Source: Cyanobacteriota bacterium (GTDB taxonomy: Bacteria; Cyanobacteriota; Cyanobacteriia; PCC-6307; Cyanobiaceae). Taken from it: a DNA stretch of 64,000 bases. How positions within the stretch are numbered: the stretch's first letter is position 1; each line of letters opens with the position of its first letter. The DNA lies in assembly GCA_039799245.1 (NCBI GenBank), contig JBDLTB010000015.1, forward strand, positions 9,759 to 73,758. Reading direction: 5' to 3'. The notes beneath the pieces are model-generated. The model searched no databases. It saw only the letters and a list, made by a program, of their open reading frames with translations, and was not told the origin of the DNA. Position numbers and translations under genes: made by a program. Positions 12,143 through 21,459 of this stretch are shown here, piece after piece.

Positions 12143-12915
12143 CAGTGGTCCTCCATGGTCTCAAGATCAGCATCACTGCCGAGATAAACCTCAATCACCC
12201 TCGGATCATTTTGCACCTGGTCCATGGGGCCCTCACAGAGCACATGGCCCTCGTGCAAAACCGTTACCGGTGCCTGCAAATTGCGGATGAATTCCATGTC
12301 GTGTTCAATCACCAGCACCGTGTGCTCTCCCGCCAAGCGCTTTAGCAAATCAGCAGTTAATTCTGTCTCGGCATCACTGAGCCCCGCCACCGGCTCATCC
12401 ACCAGCAGCAGATCAGGGTTTTGGGCCACGAGCATGGCAATTTCCAGCCACTGCTTCTGTCCATGGGAAAGCCCCCCCGCAAGAAGATGGGCCTGCTGCT
12501 CCAAGCCCACCACCGCCAGCAGATGTTGCACACGATCCCTGGCAGCTTGATCAAGACCACCAAACAACATCTGCAGCGGTGTGCTCTGGCCGCTAATCGC
12601 CAACTCGAGATTACGGCGGGGGCTGAGATTTTGATACACCCGTGGGGTTTGGAACTTGCGGCCAATGCCGAGGCGGGCAATCTGATTTTCAGATTGCCCC
12701 AGCAGCGACCTACCCCGGAAGAAAACATTACCCCTCTGGGGCTTTAGTTTGCCGGTGATCACATCAAGAAAAGTAGTTTTTCCGGCCCCATTTGGCCCAA
12801 TCACTGCCCGCAATTCCCCTGGCCGCAGGCTGAGATTTAAGTCTTTGAGGGCCCAAAAGCCATCAAAGCTCACACTCACATCACGCAGCTCTAGCAATGG
12901 CTTTAGCTCTGTCAT
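12142..12915 (-). CDS. urtD: urea ABC transporter ATP-binding protein UrtD
   Basis: LivG-like ATPase with GPNGAGKTT and LSHGQKQ. ATG at 12915 forms an ATGA overlap with the urtC stop. Confidence 0.9.
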   Translation of the reverse strand: MTELKPLLELRDVSVSFDGFWALKDLNLSLRPGELRAVIGPNGAGKTTFLDVITGKLKPQRGNVFFRGRSLLGQSENQIARLGIGRKFQTPRVYQNLSPRRNLELAISGQSTPLQMLFGGLDQAARDRVQHLLAVVGLEQQAHLLAGGLSHGQKQWLEIAMLVAQNPDLLLVDEPVAGLSDAETELTADLLKRLAGEHTVLVIEHDMEFIRNLQAPVTVLHEGHVLCEGPMDQVQNDPRVIEVYLGSDADLETMEDH

Positions 12916-13952
12916 GGCTTCAGCTCCCGGCGCCACCAACGGCCCAGCAAACCATCGGGCAGGGCGGTAACCACTAGTAGGAACAGCCCCCCCTGGATAA
13001 ACAACCAGGTTTCCGGCAACTGTTCGCTCACCAGGCTCTTGGCAAAGTTAATTAATACCGCCCCAAGTACTGCCCCTACCAGGGTGCCGCGTCCGCCCAC
13101 GGCCACCCAAATAACCATCTCAATTGAGAAAGGCACAGCCATGAATTGGGGACTAACAATGCCGGATTGCACCGTGTAAAGGGCACCACTGATGCCGGCC
13201 AGGGCCCCGGCCACGGCAAACACCAGGGTCTTGTAGCTAGTGGTGTTGTAGCCAGTGAAGCGTAACCTCGGTTCGTCGTCTCGAATGGCCACGAGCACAT
13301 CACCAAAGCGGCCACGGGTAAGCCACCGGCAAAGCCACCAGGCCGCCACCACTAGCACCACGGTGAGCCAGAACAACTCCTTTTGGACAAGATCACTACC
13401 TACCAGGTCACCAAACACCTTGGCCGTATCTGTTTTAAGGCCATTGGTGCCATTGATCAACTTCTGCTGGCCATTGAAGAAATTGAAAAATACCAACAGG
13501 GCAGCCTGGGTAAGAATTGAGAAATAAACCCCTTTAATGCGATTACGGAAAACCAGATAACCAAGCAACCATGCCACCAGGGCAGGCACTATCCATATGG
13601 CAAAAAAGGTAAAGATCGGTGATTCAAAAGGTTGCCAAAAGCCAGGCAAGCTTTTGACGCCATAGAGGCTAAAAAACTCCGGCAACTGCCCAGGCTCCAG
13701 GGAACCCAGCTGCAAATGCATACCAAGGGCATAGCCGCCTAGCGCGAAGAAAATACCTTGGCCAAGGCTGAGCAAGCCGGTGTAACCCCAAATAAGATCA
13801 ATGCCCAGGGCAACTATGCCCAAGGAAAGGAAACGACCAAGCAGATTTAAACGAAAGGGAGGCAGCACGATGGGCAGAATCAGCGCAGCCGCCACCACCA
13901 ATAGCCAGGGCAACCACCGACGCCAGGCCTGAAGCAAAGAAAAATTGTTCAT
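12912..13952 (-). CDS. urtC: urea ABC transporter permease UrtC
   Basis: LivM-like polytopic permease. ATGA overlap with urtB. Confidence 0.9.
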   Translation of the reverse strand: MNNFSLLQAWRRWLPWLLVVAAALILPIVLPPFRLNLLGRFLSLGIVALGIDLIWGYTGLLSLGQGIFFALGGYALGMHLQLGSLEPGQLPEFFSLYGVKSLPGFWQPFESPIFTFFAIWIVPALVAWLLGYLVFRNRIKGVYFSILTQAALLVFFNFFNGQQKLINGTNGLKTDTAKVFGDLVGSDLVQKELFWLTVVLVVAAWWLCRWLTRGRFGDVLVAIRDDEPRLRFTGYNTTSYKTLVFAVAGALAGISGALYTVQSGIVSPQFMAVPFSIEMVIWVAVGGRGTLVGAVLGAVLINFAKSLVSEQLPETWLFIQGGLFLLVVTALPDGLLGRWWRRELKP

Positions 13953-15109
13953 CAGGCCTCCACCATCCGCCCCTTAGGCGGAAACAAACCGGCAGGTCGC
14001 ACCTGCAAAAATAGAACTATCAGGGCAAACACCAATACCTTGGCCATCGAAGTGGTGGCAAAGAAGGTGATCAGTTCATTTAAGCCTGGCGGCATTGAAG
14101 GCCAGATCAATAGCAATGAGCCAGAACCCACCACATAACTGATCACACCAATGCCCAGGGCTGCGAGCACAGTGCCAAGCAATTTGCCCACGCCACCTAG
14201 CACCACCACCATGAAGCAATCAACTATGTAATTACCCCCAAGATTGGGACCAACAGACCCCAGCAGGGTTACAGCCACGCCAGCCACCCCAGCCAAGCCA
14301 GAACCGATAAGGAAGGTGAGCGCATCGACGGTTTCGGTGGGAATACCGAGGCAATCACTCATACTGCGATTTTGGGTAACGGCCCTTATCCGGATACCCC
14401 ACACACTCTTTTGGAGAAACCAAGTAACACCCCAAAGGGCCAATATCGTAAGGGCAATTATAAATAATCTTGCCGTTGGCATCGTTACGCCACCTAGATC
14501 AATCGACCCCCGCAACCAAGTGGGCGCCGTTACATCAATATTGCGGGCACTAAACCAGGGTTGATCAAGGCTGCGTTCCTGCCCCAACAAGGAAGCAACC
14601 CCTATGCCTACTAAACCGGAGGCAATCCAACTAATTGTGCCCTGGAGACCAGCCCAGCGGGGGGCTAGCGGCACCCTACCCAGCAGCCGAGGCAGGAAAA
14701 GACCAAGGGCGACAGCCAGCAGCAGGCCAATCACAAAAGCACTGGAAACAGACCGCACAAACTGTTGAAGAATCAGGCTTACCCCCCAGGTGGCCAATAG
14801 GGTTTCCAAGGGCCGACCGTATAGGCGCCGCACAACAGTTTTTTCCAACAACAAACCGGCCAAGCCGCTTACCAAAAAGGCAAAGGGAATCGCCACAAGG
14901 ATGTAGATGGGGAAAATACTCTCCGGCAAAACAGCCTTGAATACGTTCTGCACCACAAAGGTGGTGTAGGCCCCTAACATCATCAACTCGCCATGGGCCA
15001 TGTTGATCACACCCATCAAACCAAATACCACCGCCAAACCAAGGGCAGCAAGTACCAGCACTGAGCCAATCGCTAAACCGTTAAATAGGGTGTCGTAGAA
15101 AAGATTCAT
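13952..15109 (-). CDS. urtB: urea ABC transporter permease UrtB
   Basis: LivH-like permease with FNGLAIGSVLVLAALGLAVVFGLMGVINMAHGE. ATG 15109 is preferred over TTG 15127. Confidence 0.9.
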   Translation of the reverse strand: MNLFYDTLFNGLAIGSVLVLAALGLAVVFGLMGVINMAHGELMMLGAYTTFVVQNVFKAVLPESIFPIYILVAIPFAFLVSGLAGLLLEKTVVRRLYGRPLETLLATWGVSLILQQFVRSVSSAFVIGLLLAVALGLFLPRLLGRVPLAPRWAGLQGTISWIASGLVGIGVASLLGQERSLDQPWFSARNIDVTAPTWLRGSIDLGGVTMPTARLFIIALTILALWGVTWFLQKSVWGIRIRAVTQNRSMSDCLGIPTETVDALTFLIGSGLAGVAGVAVTLLGSVGPNLGGNYIVDCFMVVVLGGVGKLLGTVLAALGIGVISYVVGSGSLLLIWPSMPPGLNELITFFATTSMAKVLVFALIVLFLQVRPAGLFPPKGRMVEA

Positions 15110-15170
15110 ACCCTCCCGCAGGGACAAATGATGGGAGAAAGAAATATCAAATTAAAATAAATATTTTCGA

Positions 15171-15198
15171 GCAAAAACGGGGAGCCCAAGGCCCCCCG
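15171..15198 (-). terminator. intrinsic terminator/attenuator hairpin after urtA
   Basis: The minus strand reads GGGGGGCC-TTGG-GCTCCCC followed by GTTTTTGC, in an AT-rich spacer. This is typical of a partial terminator after a binding-protein gene. Confidence 0.5.
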
Positions 15199-15228
15199 CC
15201 AATTCAGATCAACGGCCTAGGGCGCTGA

Positions 15229-16524
15229 TCACATCTTGAACTTGCCAGCGTCAGGGCGCTTCTGGGTCCAGTCACAGGTATAGCCCTTGGTCTCAGGCAC
15301 GAACTGGTTCCAGGCCACCGGCTTAACGATCCCCTTGTTCTCAAGGATCTTGAACATGCCATCCTTTTGAACTTCACCAATCAACACCAGTTTGGAGAGG
15401 TGGTGATTGGGTTCCACGGTGACCTTACCCTCTGGGGCATCAAAACTCACACCCACCAAGGCTTCCCGCACCTTGTTGTCGTCAACACTTTTTGCCTTTT
15501 CAGCGGCCTTGGCCCAGAGGTAAACCATGTCGTAAGCAGCTTCAGCCGGGTCGCTGGTGACCCGCTTCTCGCCATACTTGGCCTTGAAGTCTGCGGTGAA
15601 CTTCTTGGAGGCTGGGGTATCTAGGCTCTGGAAGTAATTCCAGGCGGCATAGGTGCCCTCCAGGTACTCAGGACCAATGGCGGCGATCTCCTCTTCGGCG
15701 ATCGAGAAGCTCATGATCGAGTAGCCATTGGCAGGAGTGATGCCGGCAGCCTTCATTTGCTTGAAGAAAGCCACATTGCTGTCGCCGTTGAGGGTGTTAA
15801 CAATCACACCACCCTTGGGCAGGGCCTGCTTAATCTTGGCGATAATCGGAGCCACCTCGGTGTTACCCAAAGGCAAGTAGTCCTCACCAACAACCTTGCC
15901 GCCCTCAGCCTTGAGTTGCTCCTTCATGATTGTATTCGCAGTGCGCGGATACACATAGTCGGAACCGACCAGGAAGAAGTCTTTGCCCTTGTTCTTAAGC
16001 AGCCACTGCACCGCAGGCTCTGCCTGTTGGTTGGGGGCAGCTCCGCTGTAGAAGATGTTCTTGGAACACTCCTGGCCTTCGTACTGAATCGGATAGAAGA
16101 GGAAGTGATCCTTGGCTTCAAACACCGGCAACATCGCCTTGCGGCTGGCGGAGGTCCAACCACCGAAGACCACGGCCACCTTGTCTTGGTCAATCAACTT
16201 CTTGGATTTTTCCGCGAAGGTGGGCCAATCAGAGGCACCGTCCTCCTCCACGGGAACAATTTTGAGCCGCTTGCCATCTACCAGCACACCACCGGCCTTG
16301 TTGATCTCATCAATGGCCATCAACTCCGCTTCAGCCACGGTGTTTTCAGAGATCGCCATGGTGCCACTGCGGGAATGGAGGATGCCCACCTTCACTTCGC
16401 CGTCGAAGGCACCGCCCTCACTCTTTTTCTCACCGCCACAGGCCACCAGGGATAGGGAAGCCGCCAGGGCGGTGGCTCCGCTCAGGAGGCGAAATGAAGT
16501 TTTCTGCAAAGGAGCGGGCACCAT
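15229..16524 (-). CDS. urtA: urea ABC transporter substrate-binding protein UrtA
   Basis: Amide/urea-binding LivK-like protein with lipoprotein signal ...ASLSLVACGG. ATG at 16524 is preceded by GGAGG 8 nt upstream. Confidence 0.9.
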   Translation of the reverse strand: MVPAPLQKTSFRLLSGATALAASLSLVACGGEKKSEGGAFDGEVKVGILHSRSGTMAISENTVAEAELMAIDEINKAGGVLVDGKRLKIVPVEEDGASDWPTFAEKSKKLIDQDKVAVVFGGWTSASRKAMLPVFEAKDHFLFYPIQYEGQECSKNIFYSGAAPNQQAEPAVQWLLKNKGKDFFLVGSDYVYPRTANTIMKEQLKAEGGKVVGEDYLPLGNTEVAPIIAKIKQALPKGGVIVNTLNGDSNVAFFKQMKAAGITPANGYSIMSFSIAEEEIAAIGPEYLEGTYAAWNYFQSLDTPASKKFTADFKAKYGEKRVTSDPAEAAYDMVYLWAKAAEKAKSVDDNKVREALVGVSFDAPEGKVTVEPNHHLSKLVLIGEVQKDGMFKILENKGIVKPVAWNQFVPETKGYTCDWTQKRPDAGKFKM

Positions 16525-16597
16525 GAACAAAATCCTCCGGATGTAGATCCGCTTCGCAGCGGTGGGGGGACCGTATGGGCGAACTGGCCTGGCTTTA

Positions 16598-16611
16598 GTA
16601 GCAGAACTAAC
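16598..16611 (-). promoter_or_regulatory. candidate NtcA box for urtA (GTT-N8-TAC on the minus strand)
   Basis: GTTAGTTCTGCTAC is one mismatch from GTA-N8-TAC. A TAN3T element (TACGGT) begins 23 nt downstream, i.e. 22 nt of spacer. The box overlaps the ureG stop codon. Confidence 0.35.
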
Positions 16612-17218
16612 AGTTGGAAGCGTTTGGTAGCTGTTGCAACAAAAACTGCTCCACCTGATCTACACCTTCGCCGCTGCGCAGGTTGGTGAAGCACCAGGGC
16701 CGCTCCCCCCGCATGCGCTTGGTGTCGCGCTCCATCACCGCCAAGCTCGCCCCCACGAAGGGAGCCAAATCGATCTTGTTAATCACCAACAAATCGGAAC
16801 GGGTGATGCCCGGCCCCCCCTTGCGGGGAATCTTGTCGCCGGCGGCCACATCGATCACATAGATGCAGAGGTCCACCAGCTCAGGGCTAAAGCTGGCGGC
16901 CAGGTTGTCGCCACCGCTCTCCACCAGTACCAGGTCGAGGTCTGGGAAGGCCAGCTCCAGCTCCTCCACCGCCGCCCGGTTGATCGAGCAGTCTTCGCGG
17001 ATGGCGGTGTGGGGACAGCCGCCGGTTTCCACCCCCCGGATCCGCTCCGGAGCCAGGGCGCCCACACGGGTGAGGAACTGGGCATCCTCCTGGGTATAAA
17101 TGTCGTTAGTAACCACCGCCAACTGCAGGCGGTCGCGCAGCCGGCGGCAGAGCACCTCCACCAGGGCGGTTTTGCCGGAACCCACGGGCCCGGCCACCCC
17201 TAAGCGCAGCCGACTCAT
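16607..17218 (-). CDS. ureG: urease accessory GTPase UreG
   Basis: P-loop [10 protein letters not shown] plus CPHTAIRED and ESGGDNL motifs. ATGA overlap with the upstream ABC substrate-binding gene. Confidence 0.95.
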   Translation of the reverse strand: MSRLRLGVAGPVGSGKTALVEVLCRRLRDRLQLAVVTNDIYTQEDAQFLTRVGALAPERIRGVETGGCPHTAIREDCSINRAAVEELELAFPDLDLVLVESGGDNLAASFSPELVDLCIYVIDVAAGDKIPRKGGPGITRSDLLVINKIDLAPFVGASLAVMERDTKRMRGERPWCFTNLRSGEGVDQVEQFLLQQLPNASNC

Positions 17219-18228
17219 CCCACCACTTTGTTGGCTTCCTTGAGCAACGCCTCCGGCAGGGTTACACCAAGCGCCTTGGCGGTGGTTTTACTGAGCAGCA
17301 ATTCGGTTTTAGTAAGCGGTTCAAAGGCCAACTTCGCCGGCGATTCACCCTTCAGCACCCGCACCGCCAGCTCCCCAGCGGCATAGCCATCGTCGTAATA
17401 GCTCCAGCCAATCACCCCCAGGCAGCCGGGCAAATCGATGTCTGGGGGATCAACGGAAAACACCGGGATTTTGCGCTCCAGGCCCACCTTGCAGATGGAA
17501 CCAAAGGCCTGGATGGTGGCGTAATCACCGATTTTGACAAAGGCACCCACCTTTTTCTCCGCCAGGGCCTGGGCCGCCTGCAACACCTCACCAGAATTAG
17601 CCACCGCCTGCTCTTCCACCCCAATGCCCCGCTGGGCAGCCTCTTGCTTGAGCAGCTTTGCTTCGAATTCGGAGTTGGGCTCGCCTGGGTTATAGATGAG
17701 GCCCACGGTTTTGAGGCCGGGATCCAACTGGCGGGCCAGGTCGAGTTCCTTACCCACCGGGTTTGTGCCCACGGTGCCCACCACATTGGCCCGGTGTTGA
17801 CCAACGCCGCCGGGGGGGGTGCCAGCGCCAGCCCCCCAGGGGTTAGAGCAATAGCAAAACACCACTGGCAGGGAGGCGGGGGCCGCCTGCATCGCCGCCT
17901 GCAACGGCGGCGTGCCGATCGCCAGAATCATCGACACGTCATCGCCAACAAATTGCTTAACCACGAGGCTGGTGTTGGGCAGTTCACCGGCGGCGTCTTT
18001 TTGGAGGAAATTGACGGTTTTGCCCTGGGCGTAACCGGCCTTAGCTAAGGCCGCCACAAAGCCCTGGCGCACGGCATTTGGCGGGGCCGCATCCACAAAC
18101 TGGAGCATGCCAATGGTGGGCCCCTTCACCCGTTTGGCCCCACCGAATTTGCCGCAGGCGGCCAGCACCAGGCTGCTGCCAAGCCCTGCGCTCACCAAAC
18201 CAAGGAAGCTGCGGCGGGGCAGGGCCAT
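17215..18228 (-). CDS. ABC transporter substrate-binding protein (COG2984 / PF04392, TrpXYZ-type family)
   Basis: Twin-arginine/lipobox leader [11 protein letters not shown]...LAAC. Overall pattern [11 protein letters not shown]...GTPP...VVGT...VGLIYNPGE...VD is typical of this family. An alternative TTG start lies at 18237. Confidence 0.8.
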   Translation of the reverse strand: MALPRRSFLGLVSAGLGSSLVLAACGKFGGAKRVKGPTIGMLQFVDAAPPNAVRQGFVAALAKAGYAQGKTVNFLQKDAAGELPNTSLVVKQFVGDDVSMILAIGTPPLQAAMQAAPASLPVVFCYCSNPWGAGAGTPPGGVGQHRANVVGTVGTNPVGKELDLARQLDPGLKTVGLIYNPGEPNSEFEAKLLKQEAAQRGIGVEEQAVANSGEVLQAAQALAEKKVGAFVKIGDYATIQAFGSICKVGLERKIPVFSVDPPDIDLPGCLGVIGWSYYDDGYAAGELAVRVLKGESPAKLAFEPLTKTELLLSKTTAKALGVTLPEALLKEANKVVG

Positions 18229-18233
18229 TGAAA

Positions 18234-19028
18234 TCAAGATTGCGATGGCGGCACTTTGGCAGAGCCATAGAGCGACCTCAAGTAATCAGCAGTGAGCCCC
18301 TGGCGTTCGGGCCCTGCCCAATCCCGCAGCAGCTGGCCGTCCTGCAGCATCACCAACCGGTCCCCATGGCCCAGGGCCTGGTCGAGGTTGTGGGTCACCA
18401 TCAGGGCCGTACTGCCCAGTTCCCGCACCAGGCGATCGGTGAGGGCCATCACCGTGGCTTCCGCCTTGGGATCCAGGGCAGCGGTGTGCTCATCAAGTAA
18501 AAGCAGCTGCGGTTCCCCCAGGGTGGCCATTACCAGGCTGATCGTTTGCCGTTGGCCACCGGAGAGTTGACCCACCGGCGTATCAATGCGATCGGCCAAG
18601 GGCAAGCCCAGGTTTTCCAGTAGCGCCCGATAGCGGCGGCGGTCGGCAGCACTGGGGTGCAGCCCCAGCAGCCCGCGCCAGCCAAACGGTGAACGGCGGC
18701 GCCGTTCCGCCAGGCGCAGGTTTTCAGCAATGGTGAGCCCCGGGGCGGTGCCATCGAGGGGGTTTTGCATCACCCGGCCGATCCAGCGGGCCCGGCGGTG
18801 GTCTGGCTGCTGCCCCAGGGCCCGGCCCTCCAGCTCGATGCGCCCCTGCTGGGCCCGAAGGGTGCCAGCCACCAGGTTGAGCAGGGTCGATTTACCAGAG
18901 CCATTGCTGCCGATCACCACTAAAAACTGACCGCTGGGGCAACTCAGCTCAAAGTTGCTAAACAGCTGGCGCCAACCGCCGCCGGGTTGGCTGTGGCCCC
19001 AGCCCAGGCCGCTCACCTGCAGGCTCAT
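18234..19028 (-). CDS. ABC transporter ATP-binding protein (COG1101-like)
   Basis: Walker A GSNGSGKST, signature LSGGQRQ and Walker B LLLLDEHTAALD. ATGA overlap with the permease gene. Confidence 0.85.
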   Translation of the reverse strand: MSLQVSGLGWGHSQPGGGWRQLFSNFELSCPSGQFLVVIGSNGSGKSTLLNLVAGTLRAQQGRIELEGRALGQQPDHRRARWIGRVMQNPLDGTAPGLTIAENLRLAERRRRSPFGWRGLLGLHPSAADRRRYRALLENLGLPLADRIDTPVGQLSGGQRQTISLVMATLGEPQLLLLDEHTAALDPKAEATVMALTDRLVRELGSTALMVTHNLDQALGHGDRLVMLQDGQLLRDWAGPERQGLTADYLRSLYGSAKVPPSQS

Positions 19029-19909
19029 GGGCTGTTACCGCCATCGGAAACCCCCGGCAGCCGCAGGCGCCCCAGGGCCAGGGCCGCCAGCAGCAACAGG
19101 GCAGTTACCAACTTGAGGTCCACCGGCTCCAGCCCCAACTGCAGGGCCACGGCGATCATCAGCCGGAACAGGATCGAACCCAGCACCACCGCCAGCAGCG
19201 CCATCGGAATCGTGCGGGGCCGCAGCACCGATTCACCAACGATCACCGCACCGAGGCCAAGGATCAAGGAGCCGATGCCCATGGTTACGTCGGCGAAACC
19301 CTGGTATAGCCCCACCAGGGCACCGGCCAGGGCCACCAGGGCATTGCCGGCGGCGATACCAAGGGTGAGGCCGGTGCGGCCACTGATGCCATTGGCCCGG
19401 GCCATGGTGGGGTTATTGCCCAGGGCCCGCAGGGCCAGGCCCAGGTCGGTGGAAAGCAACAGCGCCAGCAGGCCAATCAAGCCAGCCACCACCAGGGTGA
19501 GGGCAATGGCCCAATCGCCATCGGAACCTGTGCCGAAATCAGGCAGGGGCCCCAAGCCCAGGTTCAGGTCGGTGAGAGGAATGTTGGAGCGACCCATCAA
19601 CCGCAGGGTTATCGAATAAAGGCCTGTGGTGGTGAGGATGCCAGCAAACAGATCATTCACCCCCAGGCGGGTGTGAATCAAGGCAGTTACACAACCCGCC
19701 AAGCCCCCAAGGATCACCGCCGCCAGCAGGCCGAGGCTCGGGGCCACGCCATTGCTTATCAGCATCGCCGCGGTGCCGCCGCCCAGGGCGAAGGAACCAT
19801 CCACGGTGATGTCGGCGAAATTAAGCACCCGCAGGGTGAGATAAACGCCCAGGGCTAGGCCGGCATAGGCCAGACCCTGGTCGTAGGCACCGAGCCATAG
19901 AGAAAGCAT
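19025..19909 (-). CDS. ABC transporter permease (COG4120-like)
   Basis: 294-aa polytopic protein. First gene of the permease-ATPase-SBP-ureG string. Confidence 0.8.
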   Translation of the reverse strand: MLSLWLGAYDQGLAYAGLALGVYLTLRVLNFADITVDGSFALGGGTAAMLISNGVAPSLGLLAAVILGGLAGCVTALIHTRLGVNDLFAGILTTTGLYSITLRLMGRSNIPLTDLNLGLGPLPDFGTGSDGDWAIALTLVVAGLIGLLALLLSTDLGLALRALGNNPTMARANGISGRTGLTLGIAAGNALVALAGALVGLYQGFADVTMGIGSLILGLGAVIVGESVLRPRTIPMALLAVVLGSILFRLMIAVALQLGLEPVDLKLVTALLLLAALALGRLRLPGVSDGGNSP

Positions 19910-20040
19910 GGCGAGATTTTTGCACCCCTTAGCGTGTTGATGGCTGCTGGCAACCGATCGAAGTTCTGGACCTACTGCTGCTGATCAGTTGTGGGCTGCT
20001 GGGGGGCTTCATCAACACGATTGCGGCCAGCGGTGCCACG

Positions 20041-20766
20041 GTGACCTTGCCCTCCATGATCGCCATGGGCCTGGAGCCCGGGGTGGCCAATGGCACCAAC
20101 CGGCTGGCGGCCGTGGCAGGGCTGGCCACCGCCACCTGGCGCTTCCAGCAGGCGGGGGCAATTCCCTGGCGGCTCACGCTGCTGGCCACGGTGCCCATGC
20201 TGATCGGCGCCACCGTTGGCTCCCTGGGGGCCACCGCCGTGGGGGACCAGTGGATCAACTTGGCGATCGCCGTGTCGTTGTTATTTGTGCTGGTGACGCT
20301 GGTCAGCCAGCCGGGGCGCCTGCTCAAAGACAGCGAAGTGGCGCTGGAGGACCTGCGCCTAAGCCCACTCTTCTACTTATTGATGGGCTTCACCGGCCTC
20401 TGGGCCGGCTTCATCTCCCTGGGCTCCGGGGTGATGACCCTGCTGGTGCTGGTGCTAGCTGGAAAGATTCCGCTTAAAACCGCCAACATCCTCAAGTGTT
20501 TCGTGCGGCTTAGTTCCAGCCTGATTGCCCTGCTGGTGTTTGGCCTGCGCGGTGAAATCAACTGGCTCTGGGCCCTACCCCTGGCCCTGGCCAGCATGGT
20601 GGGCGCCAACCTGGCCGCCAAGCTGGCCCTGGGCCCCCAGGCCACCCAACTGATCTTTCGCTTTTTATTGGTGGTGGTGGGCCTCGAGGTGGCGGCCTTC
20701 ATTTGGCGGCTGGGGCTAGGAAATGCCGCCCTGACTTGGCTTCAGCACGGGCCCTTGGTCAGCTGA
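20041..20766 (+). CDS. TauE/SafE (TSUP, DUF81) family membrane transporter
   Basis: Multi-TM protein with the repeated G-rich TSUP pattern. The conserved first TM (LLLLISCGLLGGFINTIAASGATVTLP) is encoded in frame upstream of the first canonical start (see findings). Confidence 0.75.
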   Translation: MTLPSMIAMGLEPGVANGTNRLAAVAGLATATWRFQQAGAIPWRLTLLATVPMLIGATVGSLGATAVGDQWINLAIAVSLLFVLVTLVSQPGRLLKDSEVALEDLRLSPLFYLLMGFTGLWAGFISLGSGVMTLLVLVLAGKIPLKTANILKCFVRLSSSLIALLVFGLRGEINWLWALPLALASMVGANLAAKLALGPQATQLIFRFLLVVVGLEVAAFIWRLGLGNAALTWLQHGPLVS

Positions 20767-20769
20767 AGT

Positions 20770-21459
20770 TCAACTGCGAAACAGGCGCGAATACAAGCTG
20801 CCATGCTGCAGCTGGGCCAACCCCGCCCCCACGGCGCCACTCCAGAGCTGGCGCGGATCAGCCCCCACCAACTGCTCCGCCCGCCGCCGCAGCACTGGCG
20901 CCAGCTCCAGTTGCAAGCGTTGGCCAGTGGTGGCCCCCAGGGGCACGAGCCGCACCGCCGCACTCAACTGGTTGGCCAGCCAGCCATATAGATAAGCCTC
21001 CAACAATTCCAACTGGGGCAACTCCAGGCAGTGGCCAGCCCAGGCCCAGGCCGCCGGCCAGCCCAGGTCACAAACCCCGCCGGGCAGGGGCCAGCCCAGC
21101 TCCGCCAAGAGCTGCAGCAGCGAGCGGCCCATCTGGCGCTGTTGGGCCCGCAGTTCCGGCGCCTCCCGCTGGGCCAGCAACCAGCCATCCAGGTCGCGCA
21201 GCTGCGCTTCGCCGGTACCACCGGAATCCGCCTGCCAGGCCCCAAGCGCCAGACCCAGGGGCCCCAGAGCCGCCGCCTCCATCGCCACCGCCCCCCTCTC
21301 CAGTTCAGCTTGCAGCCAAGCCTTCAGGGGGCCAGGGCCAGCGATGCTGCCCTGTTGCACCAGCACCTCGAGCCCCTCCGAATAGCTGAAGGCCCCCACC
21401 GGCAGGGCCGGACTCACCAGTTGCAACAGATGCAGGCGCTGCAGCTGGGGGCCGCTCAC
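20770..21459 (-). CDS. ureF: urease accessory protein UreF
   Basis: LLQLVSPALPVGAFSYSEGLE N-terminal UreF motif. GTGA overlap with ureE. Confidence 0.85.
   Translation of the reverse strand: MSGPQLQRLHLLQLVSPALPVGAFSYSEGLEVLVQQGSIAGPGPLKAWLQAELERGAVAMEAAALGPLGLALGAWQADSGGTGEAQLRDLDGWLLAQREAPELRAQQRQMGRSLLQLLAELGWPLPGGVCDLGWPAAWAWAGHCLELPQLELLEAYLYGWLANQLSAAVRLVPLGATTGQRLQLELAPVLRRRAEQLVGADPRQLWSGAVGAGLAQLQHGSLYSRLFRS

Noticed and set aside
20263-20270. HIP1 octamers (GCGATCGC) as a highly iterated cyanobacterial palindrome. Exact copies at 20263, 27250, 28982, 49482 and 54819.
   Set aside because: Five copies in 64 kb is only about twice my rough composition-based expectation, so there is no real HIP1 enrichment. 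This fits picocyanobacteria rather than HIP1-rich lineages.
20703-21389. 228-aa Pro/Ala-rich plus-strand ORF opposite ureF.
   Set aside because: Extreme Pro/Ala bias and full overlap with ureF. This is an artefact of GC-rich antisense frames.
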